Below are positions 9,583 through 19,054 of a DNA stretch of 64,000 nucleotides, piece after piece. Position 1 is the first letter of the stretch; each line of letters begins with the position of its first letter. This DNA is from Croceimicrobium sp. (GTDB lineage Bacteria; Bacteroidota; Bacteroidia; Flavobacteriales; Schleiferiaceae), in the NCBI GenBank assembly GCA_965658965.1, contig CBFHVV010000006.1, positions 367 through 64,366 of the forward strand. Direction: 5' to 3'. Both the position numbers and the translations under genes were made by a program. The notes beneath the pieces are model-generated. The model was not told the DNA's origin. It was given only the letters and a program-made list of their open reading frames with translations, and searched no databases.

Positions 9583-10656
9583 ATGTTTTCTTCCATAAGC
9601 GTCTTTCAACTTATAGCGATGCACACCACCGATTTGGTGTGTTTACATGATGGGGATAACTCTATTCGCTTTGCGACGCCTAGTGCAAAAGACATTTTAG
9701 GATTTTCGGCCGATCACCTATTAGGTAAAAAACTGACCGACTTTTTAAGTGAGCAGTTTATTAATGAGATGGACTTTAACACCCTGATGCGCTTTTTTGA
9801 ACAACCAGGAACTCGCATACGCTATCAGATAAAACATGGTAAGGGTAAGTTACGCTGGTTAGAAACCACTTATACCACTCTAGAGACCGGAATGAATTAT
9901 CGCAGTTTAAGTACTACGCGCGATATTACCGAAAGTGTGCATCTAACCGATGATCTGATGCAGGCCTTGTCTAAAGAGCAAGAACTATCAAAGTTTAAAA
10001 CTAATCTTTACTCCATAGCCAGTCACGAGTTTAAAACACCTTTAGCCATTATTCAGGCTAATATAGAGATGTTAAAGGTTAAGCAAAGTCCAAAGCTTCT
10101 TTCTTTGGGTTTAAGTACGATGGAAGAAGAGGTGGATCGATTAAATGATATGATAATGGATATGCTGGAGTTGAAGCGACTTACGATGGGGCGCAGAAAC
10201 TTTAATACCACTGCTGTAGATGTTAGGCAGTTAATAGCGGATCTACTGGAGGTGTACCAAGGCGATGGTACTAATTATCATCTAAGGCTGAGTGTAGAGG
10301 GTGAGGAGCCTTACGATATTCAGGCAGACTATTCTTTGATGCGCTATGTGTTTACAAACTTAATTGGGAACTCCATAAAATTTTCTCACGAGGAGGTAGA
10401 TGTTCAGGTAGTCTTAAACTATGGGGAAGAGGCCTTGGAGATTTTGGTGCAAGATCAGGGTATTGGCATTCCAGAAGATGATCAAACTCGAATATTTCAA
10501 TCTTTCTATCGCGGCTCCAACGTCGGGAATATCTCTGGAACAGGCGTGGGCCTCTCCATTGTTTCCGAATTTGTAAATCTCCATAAAGGAAAAATTAAAC
10601 TTAAAAGTGAAGTGGGACAGGGCAGCACTTTTACAATAACACTCCCTAAATCTTAA
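9583..10656 (+). CDS. Cytoplasmic PAS-domain sensor histidine kinase
   Basis: PAS-like N-terminus, H-box SHEFKTPL, N-box NLIGNSIKFS, G-boxes DQGIGI and GTGVGLSIV. Confidence 0.8.
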   Translation: MFSSISVFQLIAMHTTDLVCLHDGDNSIRFATPSAKDILGFSADHLLGKKLTDFLSEQFINEMDFNTLMRFFEQPGTRIRYQIKHGKGKLRWLETTYTTLETGMNYRSLSTTRDITESVHLTDDLMQALSKEQELSKFKTNLYSIASHEFKTPLAIIQANIEMLKVKQSPKLLSLGLSTMEEEVDRLNDMIMDMLELKRLTMGRRNFNTTAVDVRQLIADLLEVYQGDGTNYHLRLSVEGEEPYDIQADYSLMRYVFTNLIGNSIKFSHEEVDVQVVLNYGEEALEILVQDQGIGIPEDDQTRIFQSFYRGSNVGNISGTGVGLSIVSEFVNLHKGKIKLKSEVGQGSTFTITLPKS

Positions 10657-10659
10657 ATT

Positions 10660-11400
10660 ATGCAAAAGAAATTATTAATTGTTGAGGACAACGAGAAGCT
10701 ACTGAGTTCAATGACCGCTCTCTTTGAAGATTATTTTCTGGTTTATGAGGCTACCAATGGTCTAGAAGGTTTAGAGAAGTGTCGATTAAATATGCCAGAT
10801 ATTATCATTAGTGATATCATGATGCCTAAAATGAATGGCTATGAATTAACCGAAGCGGTAAAGTCTAACGATCGCACGATGCATATCCCCATCATCTTAT
10901 TGACGGCATTAGGTGAGGACGAGCGTCGTATTGATGGTTATAAATTTGGGGCGGACGACTATATTGTTAAGCCTTTTAAATTTGATATTCTTTTAGCGCG
11001 GGTAAATAACTTGCTCAAGACTCGTGAGCAGTTGCAAAGAATTTACGATATCTCGGCTCCTATAAACCACGACTTTGGGGTGAAGGATCCGGTTTTATCT
11101 CATATGGAAGCATTATTGGTAAACCATTTTCGTTTCCGTAAGTTTAGCATTCCTGAAATTGCGGAACTAATGAATTTATCGACGCCTAAATTAGAAAGAG
11201 AGGTGAAGAGACTGACTGGAATGACGCCGATTCAATATATCAACGACTTCCGCTTAAGTAAGGCTAAAAACATGTTGCAAACCGAAGAGCTAAGTATTTT
11301 TGAAGTTTCACATGTACTTGGTTTTCGTAGCTTAAGTTATTTTGGAAAGGCTTATAAAGATAAGTTTGGGATCTCGCCTTCAAAAACTAAACAAATATGA
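10660..11400 (+). CDS. Response regulator with AraC-type HTH output domain
   Basis: REC domain (LIVEDN...DIIISDIMMP...KPF) plus a C-terminal AraC HTH (IPEIAELMNLS...GFRSLSYFGKAYKDKFGISP). Confidence 0.8.
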   Translation: MQKKLLIVEDNEKLLSSMTALFEDYFLVYEATNGLEGLEKCRLNMPDIIISDIMMPKMNGYELTEAVKSNDRTMHIPIILLTALGEDERRIDGYKFGADDYIVKPFKFDILLARVNNLLKTREQLQRIYDISAPINHDFGVKDPVLSHMEALLVNHFRFRKFSIPEIAELMNLSTPKLEREVKRLTGMTPIQYINDFRLSKAKNMLQTEELSIFEVSHVLGFRSLSYFGKAYKDKFGISPSKTKQI

Positions 11401-11816
11401 TAGACGAAGAATTGAACTTGATGATTATTGATAATGATCAAGTTAACAGCTTTGTACTAAAAAATATTATTACTCGTAATTATTCAGGTGCTGAGGTAGC
11501 ACTTTTTCCAGATGGGGCGGAAGGCATAGAAGAGCTGCAGCGATTAGAAGCAGCGGAAGAGGACTTTCCTGCTGTAATATTATTGGATATTTATATGCCA
11601 GTAATGGATGGTTTCGAATTTTTACAAGAATACATGGACCGCTTTGCTCATAAGGAAACCATCATTTTTGCGATGAGTAATTCGCTAATCAAAGAAGATC
11701 AGCAGAGGGCTAATGAATTTGATGTGGTAAAAGGCTTTATTACTAAGCCCTTGATCTACAATAATATTGAGTTTATCGTAGAGACCTATATGCAAGAAAG
11801 AGAAAAACGTTACTAA
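11397..11816 (+). CDS. Stand-alone receiver-domain protein
   Basis: REC motifs (IIDNDQ...LLDIYMPVMDG...TKPL). A 4-nt ATGA overlap joins it to the upstream regulator. Confidence 0.75.
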   Translation: MIDEELNLMIIDNDQVNSFVLKNIITRNYSGAEVALFPDGAEGIEELQRLEAAEEDFPAVILLDIYMPVMDGFEFLQEYMDRFAHKETIIFAMSNSLIKEDQQRANEFDVVKGFITKPLIYNNIEFIVETYMQEREKRY

Positions 11817-11832
11817 GAGCAGTTCTATTGAT

Positions 11833-13911
11833 CTAATCAAAAATAAGGCGAGTAGTATATTTAAAGCCTTTCTCGGTATTTAGCTCCAAATAATAGCTCC
11901 CGGCAGTGGGTTTTAGTATTTGGAGCTTTTTTTGGTCCTTTTGCATCTGCCCACGAGCCAATACCTGCCCATTTAAATTGAATATTTTGTAAGTCTTAAA
12001 ATCTACTGACGCATCTATATTAATGGTGCCATTAGAATTGGGATTAGGAAATATGGAAATTTGAGGTATGTTATATGCGTTTTCCTCGGTGCTAATTGGA
12101 CCTTGAGCCCAGGGAAGGTAGATTTTATAAAGTGCACCGGTAAAGCTGCTTACAAAAAGTGCTGAGTCTCCTATTCCCGCAATCCGCTCCAATGCTTGGC
12201 TTTGTAAATCTAGGGTGCTAATGCTATTACCTCCATCTAAACTGTAGGTAAGCACAGACTGTTTGTAAACATTGAAATAAACAGAGTCATTAAAGTTGAA
12301 ATCTAGGCCTTGGTTAAAAAGTGGCCCGCCTATTAACTGCCAGTCGTAATAATTATCAGACTTAAAAACACCGGAGTCGGAGCTAAGGTAAAAAGCACTA
12401 TCCACCCTGCGGAAGTTATAAAATTCGACGCCAGCGAAGGGTTGGTCAAAATTGGCACCTCCATCCTTGGTGCGATATAAGCGATTATCGATAATTACAG
12501 AACCGGTATCACAGTTTTTAAAGCCAATTCCTTGTGGATAGTAGAGGTATTCGCCAATATTTCCGTTTGAAGTTATGCTTTGGATTAAGTCGCCCCTACC
12601 ATCATTAAAAACTAACTTGGCTTCTACTCGCGGGTTCAGGTCGCGTAAATAAAGCTCGATAAAACAGCTGGTGTCTACGGCTCTATTATAATCTCGCATC
12701 CTAAATTGGCTGGGTATTCCTGTTGCCGTACTTATGTGCTTACTCCAAGTTAAGCCATTGTCCCTACTTTCGTGGAATGCCAAAGAATTATTATTTTGGC
12801 CAATTCCGATTCCAAACTCCATTTGGTTGCTAGGCTCAATGTTATTTTGGTGGGGAGGCCCAATTAGTTCAGCTTCGCTATCGATAAACTTGTTTTCGGT
12901 GTAAAATACACTGTCATTGGAAGTGTTGGCAATGCCATAAATAAAGCCATCGCTATCGCCCCATATTACTTTTTGATTGCTGAGCGGGCGAAAAAAGGCA
13001 ATGTTGCCTAATGAGAAGGGGTGGAAAGGGATATAACTATTATACCACATTCTGCCGTCGGAGTATTCGAAGGAGCCTGCATTATAAACTTTATTACGAT
13101 TAATCCATTGCATGGTGGTATCGGCAAAAAGGAAAACATAGGATAGATTATCCTCTCTTATAAATTGATCTCCAGGCGTATAAATGTTAATAAAGGGTCG
13201 ATTACGGGTAGAAATATCGTTTACCTGAAAGGTGGTATCTAGGTCTACTTCATATCGATAAAGCTGCAAGTCTACTTCAAAGAGATAATGCAAGCTATCT
13301 ACTTGGTGGTAGTAGAGTGGAGGGTTTTTGTTGGGGTAGCGCGTGGTCCACTTAACTCTTTGAATGAGTGTGTCTTGATAAAGATGAAAAACGGAGCTAT
13401 CAGACTTTCTAATAAGAGTGCGATAATCTTCATCTCCTAAGGCATCGATGTATTTTACATTATTAGTTTCCCAAACGGTTCCAGAGTCTCGTGAGGTAAA
13501 TATCTGCCCTTGCAAATCTTGAAAAATCCAAAAATCAGGTTTGAGAAACCAAAAGTTTTGAAAGTCTTGACTTTTTATAAGACTCCAGTTGGCGCCGCCA
13601 TCGCGGGTAATGTATTTACCTTTGGTGAAGATTCGATTCGATAAAACCTCTAGTCTTTCTCCTGTTACGAGAGTGTCTGTATAAATTAGATTGTAGCCAA
13701 AATTTTGAAGCGTAGAATCGTTAAACAGGGGGAAGCGATAAATGTAGGGGCCAAACACATTTATGATCGCGGATTGGTCGGGGAAAACATGAATGTCGGT
13801 AGGGTAGTAAGGGAGGCCTCTTGGTGCCAATTGCTCGTAGCGCAGCGTATTTTGGGCAAAAGAACTAAGGCTGAAAAGCGTAAGTAAAAGGAGCGGCAGT
13901 TTTTTAATCAT
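11833..13911 (-). CDS. Secreted BNR/Asp-box repeat protein with T9SS C-terminal sorting domain
   Basis: Signal peptide from the ATG at 13911 (MIKKLPLLLLTLFSLSSFAQ). Asp-box repeats TRDGGANW, SRDSGTVW, SRDNGLTW, TKDGGANF, SLDGGNS. C-terminal ISIFPNPNSNGTINID...GSYYLELNTEKGFKYTTRLIFD. Confidence 0.7.
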   Translation of the reverse strand: MIKKLPLLLLTLFSLSSFAQNTLRYEQLAPRGLPYYPTDIHVFPDQSAIINVFGPYIYRFPLFNDSTLQNFGYNLIYTDTLVTGERLEVLSNRIFTKGKYITRDGGANWSLIKSQDFQNFWFLKPDFWIFQDLQGQIFTSRDSGTVWETNNVKYIDALGDEDYRTLIRKSDSSVFHLYQDTLIQRVKWTTRYPNKNPPLYYHQVDSLHYLFEVDLQLYRYEVDLDTTFQVNDISTRNRPFINIYTPGDQFIREDNLSYVFLFADTTMQWINRNKVYNAGSFEYSDGRMWYNSYIPFHPFSLGNIAFFRPLSNQKVIWGDSDGFIYGIANTSNDSVFYTENKFIDSEAELIGPPHQNNIEPSNQMEFGIGIGQNNNSLAFHESRDNGLTWSKHISTATGIPSQFRMRDYNRAVDTSCFIELYLRDLNPRVEAKLVFNDGRGDLIQSITSNGNIGEYLYYPQGIGFKNCDTGSVIIDNRLYRTKDGGANFDQPFAGVEFYNFRRVDSAFYLSSDSGVFKSDNYYDWQLIGGPLFNQGLDFNFNDSVYFNVYKQSVLTYSLDGGNSISTLDLQSQALERIAGIGDSALFVSSFTGALYKIYLPWAQGPISTEENAYNIPQISIFPNPNSNGTINIDASVDFKTYKIFNLNGQVLARGQMQKDQKKLQILKPTAGSYYLELNTEKGFKYTTRLIFD

Positions 13912-14068
13912 GCAGTTTTGATTGGAGCTCAATTTAAGAAGAATTGACGGATTGAAATTGGCTAATGAGTTAGGTCACACCATGCTTGAGCGAGCGTTTT
14001 TTAGGACTGATGATTTTTCTGTGCTTGAAGTAAAACAATTACCCGACGAGTGCAAATAGATTTTTGCT

Positions 14069-14596
14069 TTATAAGTTTTCGATGAGCTGCTTTAAAAGAA
14101 TTACATTTTCGCGGTTCTTTCCTTTGTCAAATAAGGTGCTACTTAAAATAGGACGACTGCTTATTTCGAAGGTCTCATCTGTCTCCTTTATTTCAATTTT
14201 TTCGCCCCACGAGGCCCACGATATACCGGTCTTTGCGCTAATCTTGTTATCAGTATGTTTAAGAGTCCATCTAGCGGTAGCCTGATTGTTGTTTAGCAGG
14301 GTGAAAATTTCTTTAAGCTCGTGCTTCTTTCTGAGGGTGATTTTTTGATGAACCTTCAAATCTTCTTCATTAAAGCCTTCTCTACTTGATTGCCCTAGTT
14401 TTTGCAAAGAACGCTTATGAGCGGTAATGGTAGACCAGGACATTATCAAGCCAAAGAGGCTTGCGCTGATAATGTGTTTGAGCGGGTCTATCGTTTTTAG
14501 GCTAAAGTACTCCCACAAAAACATTAGAATTGCAAAAGAAAGGGCGTAGAATAGGAAAGATTTTAAATAGAGCTTACTTATAAATTTAACATCCAT
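14069..14596 (-). CDS. Hypothetical membrane protein
   Basis: 175-aa ORF with two predicted N-terminal TM helices. I recognise no family. Confidence 0.4.
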   Translation of the reverse strand: MDVKFISKLYLKSFLFYALSFAILMFLWEYFSLKTIDPLKHIISASLFGLIMSWSTITAHKRSLQKLGQSSREGFNEEDLKVHQKITLRKKHELKEIFTLLNNNQATARWTLKHTDNKISAKTGISWASWGEKIEIKETDETFEISSRPILSSTLFDKGKNRENVILLKQLIENL

Positions 14597-14716
14597 AACC
14601 TTAAGGTTTTTTGCAGAGAATAAAATTATTAAAAGTTCGGCGCTGTTGCGTGATTTTTAGATTAATCTACTCTTAATGAGGTGATTAAATTCGAAGGTTT
14701 GCTAATTTAAAGTTAC

Positions 14717-15631
14717 TTAAAATATTGATAAATTAGTTTTAGTGGTGAATTGTTCTAAAAATTTCATCCCCCGAAAGGAGTTTCCTTTTTTATTCAGTTT
14801 GGGACTCCATACAGCCATAGCGTATTGATCGGGGTGCACCACAATAATGCCACCGCCCACACCACTTTTGCCAGGTAGACCAACGGTAAAGGCAAATTCT
14901 CCTGATTCGTCATAAAAGCCACAGGTTTGCATGAGTGCGTTTATCCTTTTGGACTGACTTTCGCTTACAATGGAGTTGTGGTTTTGGATACTTCTGCCAT
15001 CATTTGCTAGGAAGAGAAACATTTCTGAAAGCTCTTTACAGGTCATTTCAATGGAGCATAGGTGAAAGTAAAAATCCAGCACATCATCTGGGTCATTATC
15101 AATATTTCCGTAGGATTTAATAAAATAACAGAGGGCCTTATTTCGGTAACCAACGGCTCTTTCGGATGCCGCAACTTTGGCAGAGTAATTTAAGTGCGAT
15201 TGGTTTGCAATACTCCGTGTGAATTCGAGGAAATCTTCTTTGGGCTTTTTTAAATTACTGAGCAGAATATCGGCAATAACCATTGCGCCCCCGTTTAAAA
15301 AGGGATTACGTGGAATGCAATTATCGGCTTCTAACTGAAAAAGAGAATTAAAGGGAGTGCCCGATGGTTCCACGCCAACCCTGCGCCAAATATCGCTGCC
15401 AATTATATTATAGGCTAAGCTGAAAGATAAGACCTTAGCAATACTCTGAATGGAGAACTTGTCATTGCAGTTTCCGAGACCAAAACTTTTTTGATCTACA
15501 GTAGAGATTTGTACGCCAAAATTATTAGGGTTAACCTTGGCTAATTCGGGTATATAAGAAGCGTTTTCGCCCGTATCGTTTATGCTCTTTACTTTGTGGT
15601 AGGTCTCTTGAATTATTTCTTCAAAATTCAT
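14717..15631 (-). CDS. glsA: Glutaminase A
   Basis: Serine-beta-lactamase-like glutaminase motifs SIAKV, NPFLNGGAMV, LPGKSGVGGGI. 304 aa. Confidence 0.9.
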   Translation of the reverse strand: MNFEEIIQETYHKVKSINDTGENASYIPELAKVNPNNFGVQISTVDQKSFGLGNCNDKFSIQSIAKVLSFSLAYNIIGSDIWRRVGVEPSGTPFNSLFQLEADNCIPRNPFLNGGAMVIADILLSNLKKPKEDFLEFTRSIANQSHLNYSAKVAASERAVGYRNKALCYFIKSYGNIDNDPDDVLDFYFHLCSIEMTCKELSEMFLFLANDGRSIQNHNSIVSESQSKRINALMQTCGFYDESGEFAFTVGLPGKSGVGGGIIVVHPDQYAMAVWSPKLNKKGNSFRGMKFLEQFTTKTNLSIF

Positions 15632-15781
15632 CTAGGCTTAATCCTTTTTGATTTTTCATTCGGCTTTCCGCGAAAGCTAATGCGACTTTGTCTAAATTCC
15701 TAAAGAAATAGGAGGCGATGATAAACAAGCATTGGATAGACTTCCATTATAGCACAGATCAGGGGAGTAAAAAAGTAGAAT

Positions 15782-15833
15782 TTTCCTTTTTCGCTTAACT
15801 CAAATATTTGCTTGATACACAACATTTGCGCAT
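15782..15833. repeat. Inverted-repeat copy A (partner at 60275-60326)
   Basis: 15789-15833 is the exact reverse complement of 60275-60319 (45/45, checked base by base). Identity is 51/52 over 15782-15833. Confidence 0.9.
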
Positions 15834-16363
15834 AATTTATGAAGGCCAGTACACTGGCGCATAGCGAAAGCCTGATGACTATTTAATATTTTTGAAGTTC
15901 TGTAAGTCTGACACGAATATTAATGTCAGTGTTGACAGAAATTTGACAACAGGTTATATCTGCTTCGCTCAAATTTACTTACCATCTATATAGCGTCTCA
16001 GGTGGCTAATTCGAAGGCGGAGTTAAATGAAAATCCTGATTTTAGGATGCAAAAAATTGTTCGCAAGTTGAAAAAAAATGTGGGCTGAGAAGAGGTTACG
16101 CATGGTAGGCGAATTTTGCCGTCTATTATGGTCTTTTTCGTCTTGAAAACTAGCGCATTTAAACCGGAACTCACTTCATTTTTGCCAGCTTGATGAAGGT
16201 ATGGGGTGACCATAAATGAGCATGGCTGCGTTCAATAGTGATTTTAGAAAGTAAGAGGGAAATAAAAACATGCTGACGAATCTAGGTCGGGACCTAGCAA
16301 TAGTCATAGGCCTGCTGTGTCGATTATATTTTTTGGTTTGATAGTGTAATAATTTTAAAGTCG

Positions 16364-18565
16364 CTAATAGCAATCACTTAAAAGACGGCCTTGCGCTCTA
16401 AGTAGGTCTGGCTTAAGGTGGGAGTGGCGCTGGCCTAAATCTTCTAAGACAGCCAAAACCCCGTTTTGCATATTTAAGGAGCCGCAGAGCATTAATGTAG
16501 CATTTACGATCATATTCTTTTCCCATTTTTGAGCATCAGCATTAAGCCTGTATTGCACATACTGACAATCTCTCTCTCTAGAATAAACTGGAATAAACTC
16601 GAGCTTAGGGCGGCTCTCTAGCAGTTCATCCAACCAATTTTGATATAAGATTCCATCCGTTGAGCTTCGCGCTCCCCAGTACAGTTTTACTTCTCGGTTT
16701 TTGTCCATTTCTGAAACCATTCCCAGAAATGGCGCTAGGCCAGTGCCGTTACTCACTAAAACTAGTGGATTGTTGCCCTTAGGTAGATTAAAGCCCAGAT
16801 TGGATATTAGTTGGGCTTTAATTTTTTGACCCAGAGGCAGCGTTTTTAGAAAAGGCGAAATTTGTCCTTTTTCAAAATGGCGAATGCTTAAAAAGATGCT
16901 ATTATCGGGCCTTTTGGCGATGGAGTACAACCGTTCAGCTTCGTTTGCCTTTTGAGGCTTCAATCCCAGTAAATCACCCGACTGAAAATTAGCTCCCTTA
17001 GGAGGAGCTAATTGCAAGGTAAAAACATGGCCATGGACTGTGCGCTGTAAGAGCTTAATGGTTTGAAGATTAATGGAGGGTGATTTTTCTAATGCGAAAT
17101 CGGAGTAGGACCTTGGCAGAGAGAGGTTTAAACTGGCGGCTAAAGACTTAAGCCAATCTTCATACTCCGATTGATTTTGATCATTTACCGTATACACTGG
17201 CAAGAGTGGTTTAAAAGAAGTAGCCTCTTCAAAAAACTGCTGAGTCTGATAGGCAAATTTACAGTAGTCGGGGTAACGCTTGCTACCAAAGCCAAGTATG
17301 GCAAATTGAAGCGGCCTGTCTTTAGGTAAAAAGTTTATTTGCCGCTCAGAGTACCTGGCATTGCTTGGTGGTTGACCTAAGCCATGGGTCGCAGTTAAGA
17401 TCAGAATTTTTTCTGTTTTAGATCCCACCGTTAGCTTGTTAAGCGCACCCAAATGGCTCTTTAAGCCATTAAAATCTAAAACTTCTTGAAGATGTTGGGC
17501 AAATGCCCAGGTGCTACCCGTTTCTGAACCTACGCTAATAGCTATGGGACAATTATCCAGTTGCTCTTGTTTTTTAGGTTGGTTTTGCCTTCGTTTGGTG
17601 GTTATTTTAAAGCCTGAAAAAATAAAAAAGAACAGACTAGCCGTGCTAAAACCCAACACGCCAGACCACAACCAGCTCCCTTCACCGGTGTGTAAAATTT
17701 TGGTAAACTCGCCAAGCAACTGAACCCAAGGGTAAGGAGCTTCAACTACAACCTCTCCACTGAATTGATTTATCTTTAGTTCTCGACTAAGCAAACTCAA
17801 GATAAAAAGATCTTCTGGTTGCTCAGAAAATGGTAGTTGTATTTCCCGTATTTTTGAGAGTTTAATTTGAGAGAAAAGCTGCTCTGGTCCAGAGCCCTCT
17901 TTAGCTTCATGTAGTTTTGCTTTCACCTCAAGGGGATGTGCTACCATCTCTGGAATTACGGAAAACCGTTCCAGGGAAAGATACAATCCGCTTAAAGCGA
18001 TAAGAATAATGGGGATAAGTAAGAGCCGCCCCAACAAAGTGTGGGCTTGTTGGTGAAAGTGGTCTTTGCTTATAAGCGAAAAAATATACTGCCAAGCTAG
18101 CTGCCGCTTTAGTAAAAGGCTAAAACCGGTAAGAGTAATTAGGAACAACAAAAAACTAATAACCGCCACTATAATACGCCCGGTGGTTTTTAAAAATAAT
18201 GAACGATGAAGGCTAAGGCTAAATTGAACCAGCTTAGATGATGGCTGTGGTGAACCTATGGATTGACCAGTTAAAGGATCAACAAAATGATGCACCATTT
18301 CGCCATTGAGATTAATGCCAGAAACAAGTAGGCGGTCTTGCGCATCTACAGTTAGGCTAAAAACCTCTAAGAACTCACTTCTGAGCCTAGTTAAAGTTTC
18401 CTTCAAACTGGGGTTGCCTGCGTCTTGCACGGTGTGCTGCGCTTGCGTTTCTTGCCAAGCAGCATCACAAGCAAGCACTATTCCGCTTAAAGACGCAATA
18501 ACAATAAAACCCGAAGCAACTAAAGCCAACGTTAAGTGGGCATAGCGCCAAACTGAAAGTAGCAT
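16364..18565 (-). CDS. PepSY_TM membrane domain fused to flavodoxin-like and FAD/NAD(P)-binding (FNR/CysJ-like) reductase domains
   Basis: N-terminal WRYAHLTLALVASGFIVIASLSGIVLA plus 3-4 more TM helices. Flavodoxin-like IAISVGSETGSTWAFAQ...TATHGLGQPP. FAD motif RLYSIAKRP. NAD(P) motif LVLVSNGTGLAPFLG. Confidence 0.75.
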   Translation of the reverse strand: MLLSVWRYAHLTLALVASGFIVIASLSGIVLACDAAWQETQAQHTVQDAGNPSLKETLTRLRSEFLEVFSLTVDAQDRLLVSGINLNGEMVHHFVDPLTGQSIGSPQPSSKLVQFSLSLHRSLFLKTTGRIIVAVISFLLFLITLTGFSLLLKRQLAWQYIFSLISKDHFHQQAHTLLGRLLLIPIILIALSGLYLSLERFSVIPEMVAHPLEVKAKLHEAKEGSGPEQLFSQIKLSKIREIQLPFSEQPEDLFILSLLSRELKINQFSGEVVVEAPYPWVQLLGEFTKILHTGEGSWLWSGVLGFSTASLFFFIFSGFKITTKRRQNQPKKQEQLDNCPIAISVGSETGSTWAFAQHLQEVLDFNGLKSHLGALNKLTVGSKTEKILILTATHGLGQPPSNARYSERQINFLPKDRPLQFAILGFGSKRYPDYCKFAYQTQQFFEEATSFKPLLPVYTVNDQNQSEYEDWLKSLAASLNLSLPRSYSDFALEKSPSINLQTIKLLQRTVHGHVFTLQLAPPKGANFQSGDLLGLKPQKANEAERLYSIAKRPDNSIFLSIRHFEKGQISPFLKTLPLGQKIKAQLISNLGFNLPKGNNPLVLVSNGTGLAPFLGMVSEMDKNREVKLYWGARSSTDGILYQNWLDELLESRPKLEFIPVYSRERDCQYVQYRLNADAQKWEKNMIVNATLMLCGSLNMQNGVLAVLEDLGQRHSHLKPDLLRAQGRLLSDCY

Positions 18566-18574
18566 AACTAACAG

Positions 18575-19054
18575 TTAAACACCTATTAACCTAACATAGC
18601 GTATGAAATTGCTGCCCTCATACTTTAATTTCGTGATGTCAGTGGTGTAAGGAATCTCAATTTCGGCTGGTGTATATTTTTGATCTTCAACTGAGGTTTC
18701 AAACCTTATTTTGTACCCTTTGTCCATCCTTTCTGGTGGCAATCCAAAAACAAACATCTTACGATCTCCGCCGCTTAAAGTTGCCCCAGTTATACCATCA
18801 ACTTCTCGCTTTTGGCGGCCAAAAAACCGCCACCATTCGTCTATTTCATGGTACCATTCTGGGTCATCGCCCAAAATGTAAAGGGTTTCTTCATATTCTC
18901 CTTGCGGATTCATAAGGCTCACAATAATGTAAGCGCCTTCACCTGTATAGTTTATCATTTGGATTAAGCATTTATACTGCTTATTTATTGGCTGAGTGCT
19001 GAAACCCAGCAAACCAAATAAGGCAAAAAGGAGTAAGTACTTGGTAAATTTCAT
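18575..19054 (-). CDS. DUF2271-like periplasmic protein
   Basis: Signal peptide. IIVSLMNPQGEYEETLYILG...WWRFFG...VDGITGATLSGG resembles the DUF2271 pattern. Assignment is from motif memory. Confidence 0.55.
   Translation of the reverse strand: MKFTKYLLLFALFGLLGFSTQPINKQYKCLIQMINYTGEGAYIIVSLMNPQGEYEETLYILGDDPEWYHEIDEWWRFFGRQKREVDGITGATLSGGDRKMFVFGLPPERMDKGYKIRFETSVEDQKYTPAEIEIPYTTDITKLKYEGSNFIRYVRLIGV

Noticed and set aside
16082-16090. gggctgaga resembles the THI-box core and might mark a second TPP riboswitch.
   Set aside because: The obligatory ACCTGATCTGGATAATGCCAGCGTAGGGA half and the GGGGTGC element are absent nearby.
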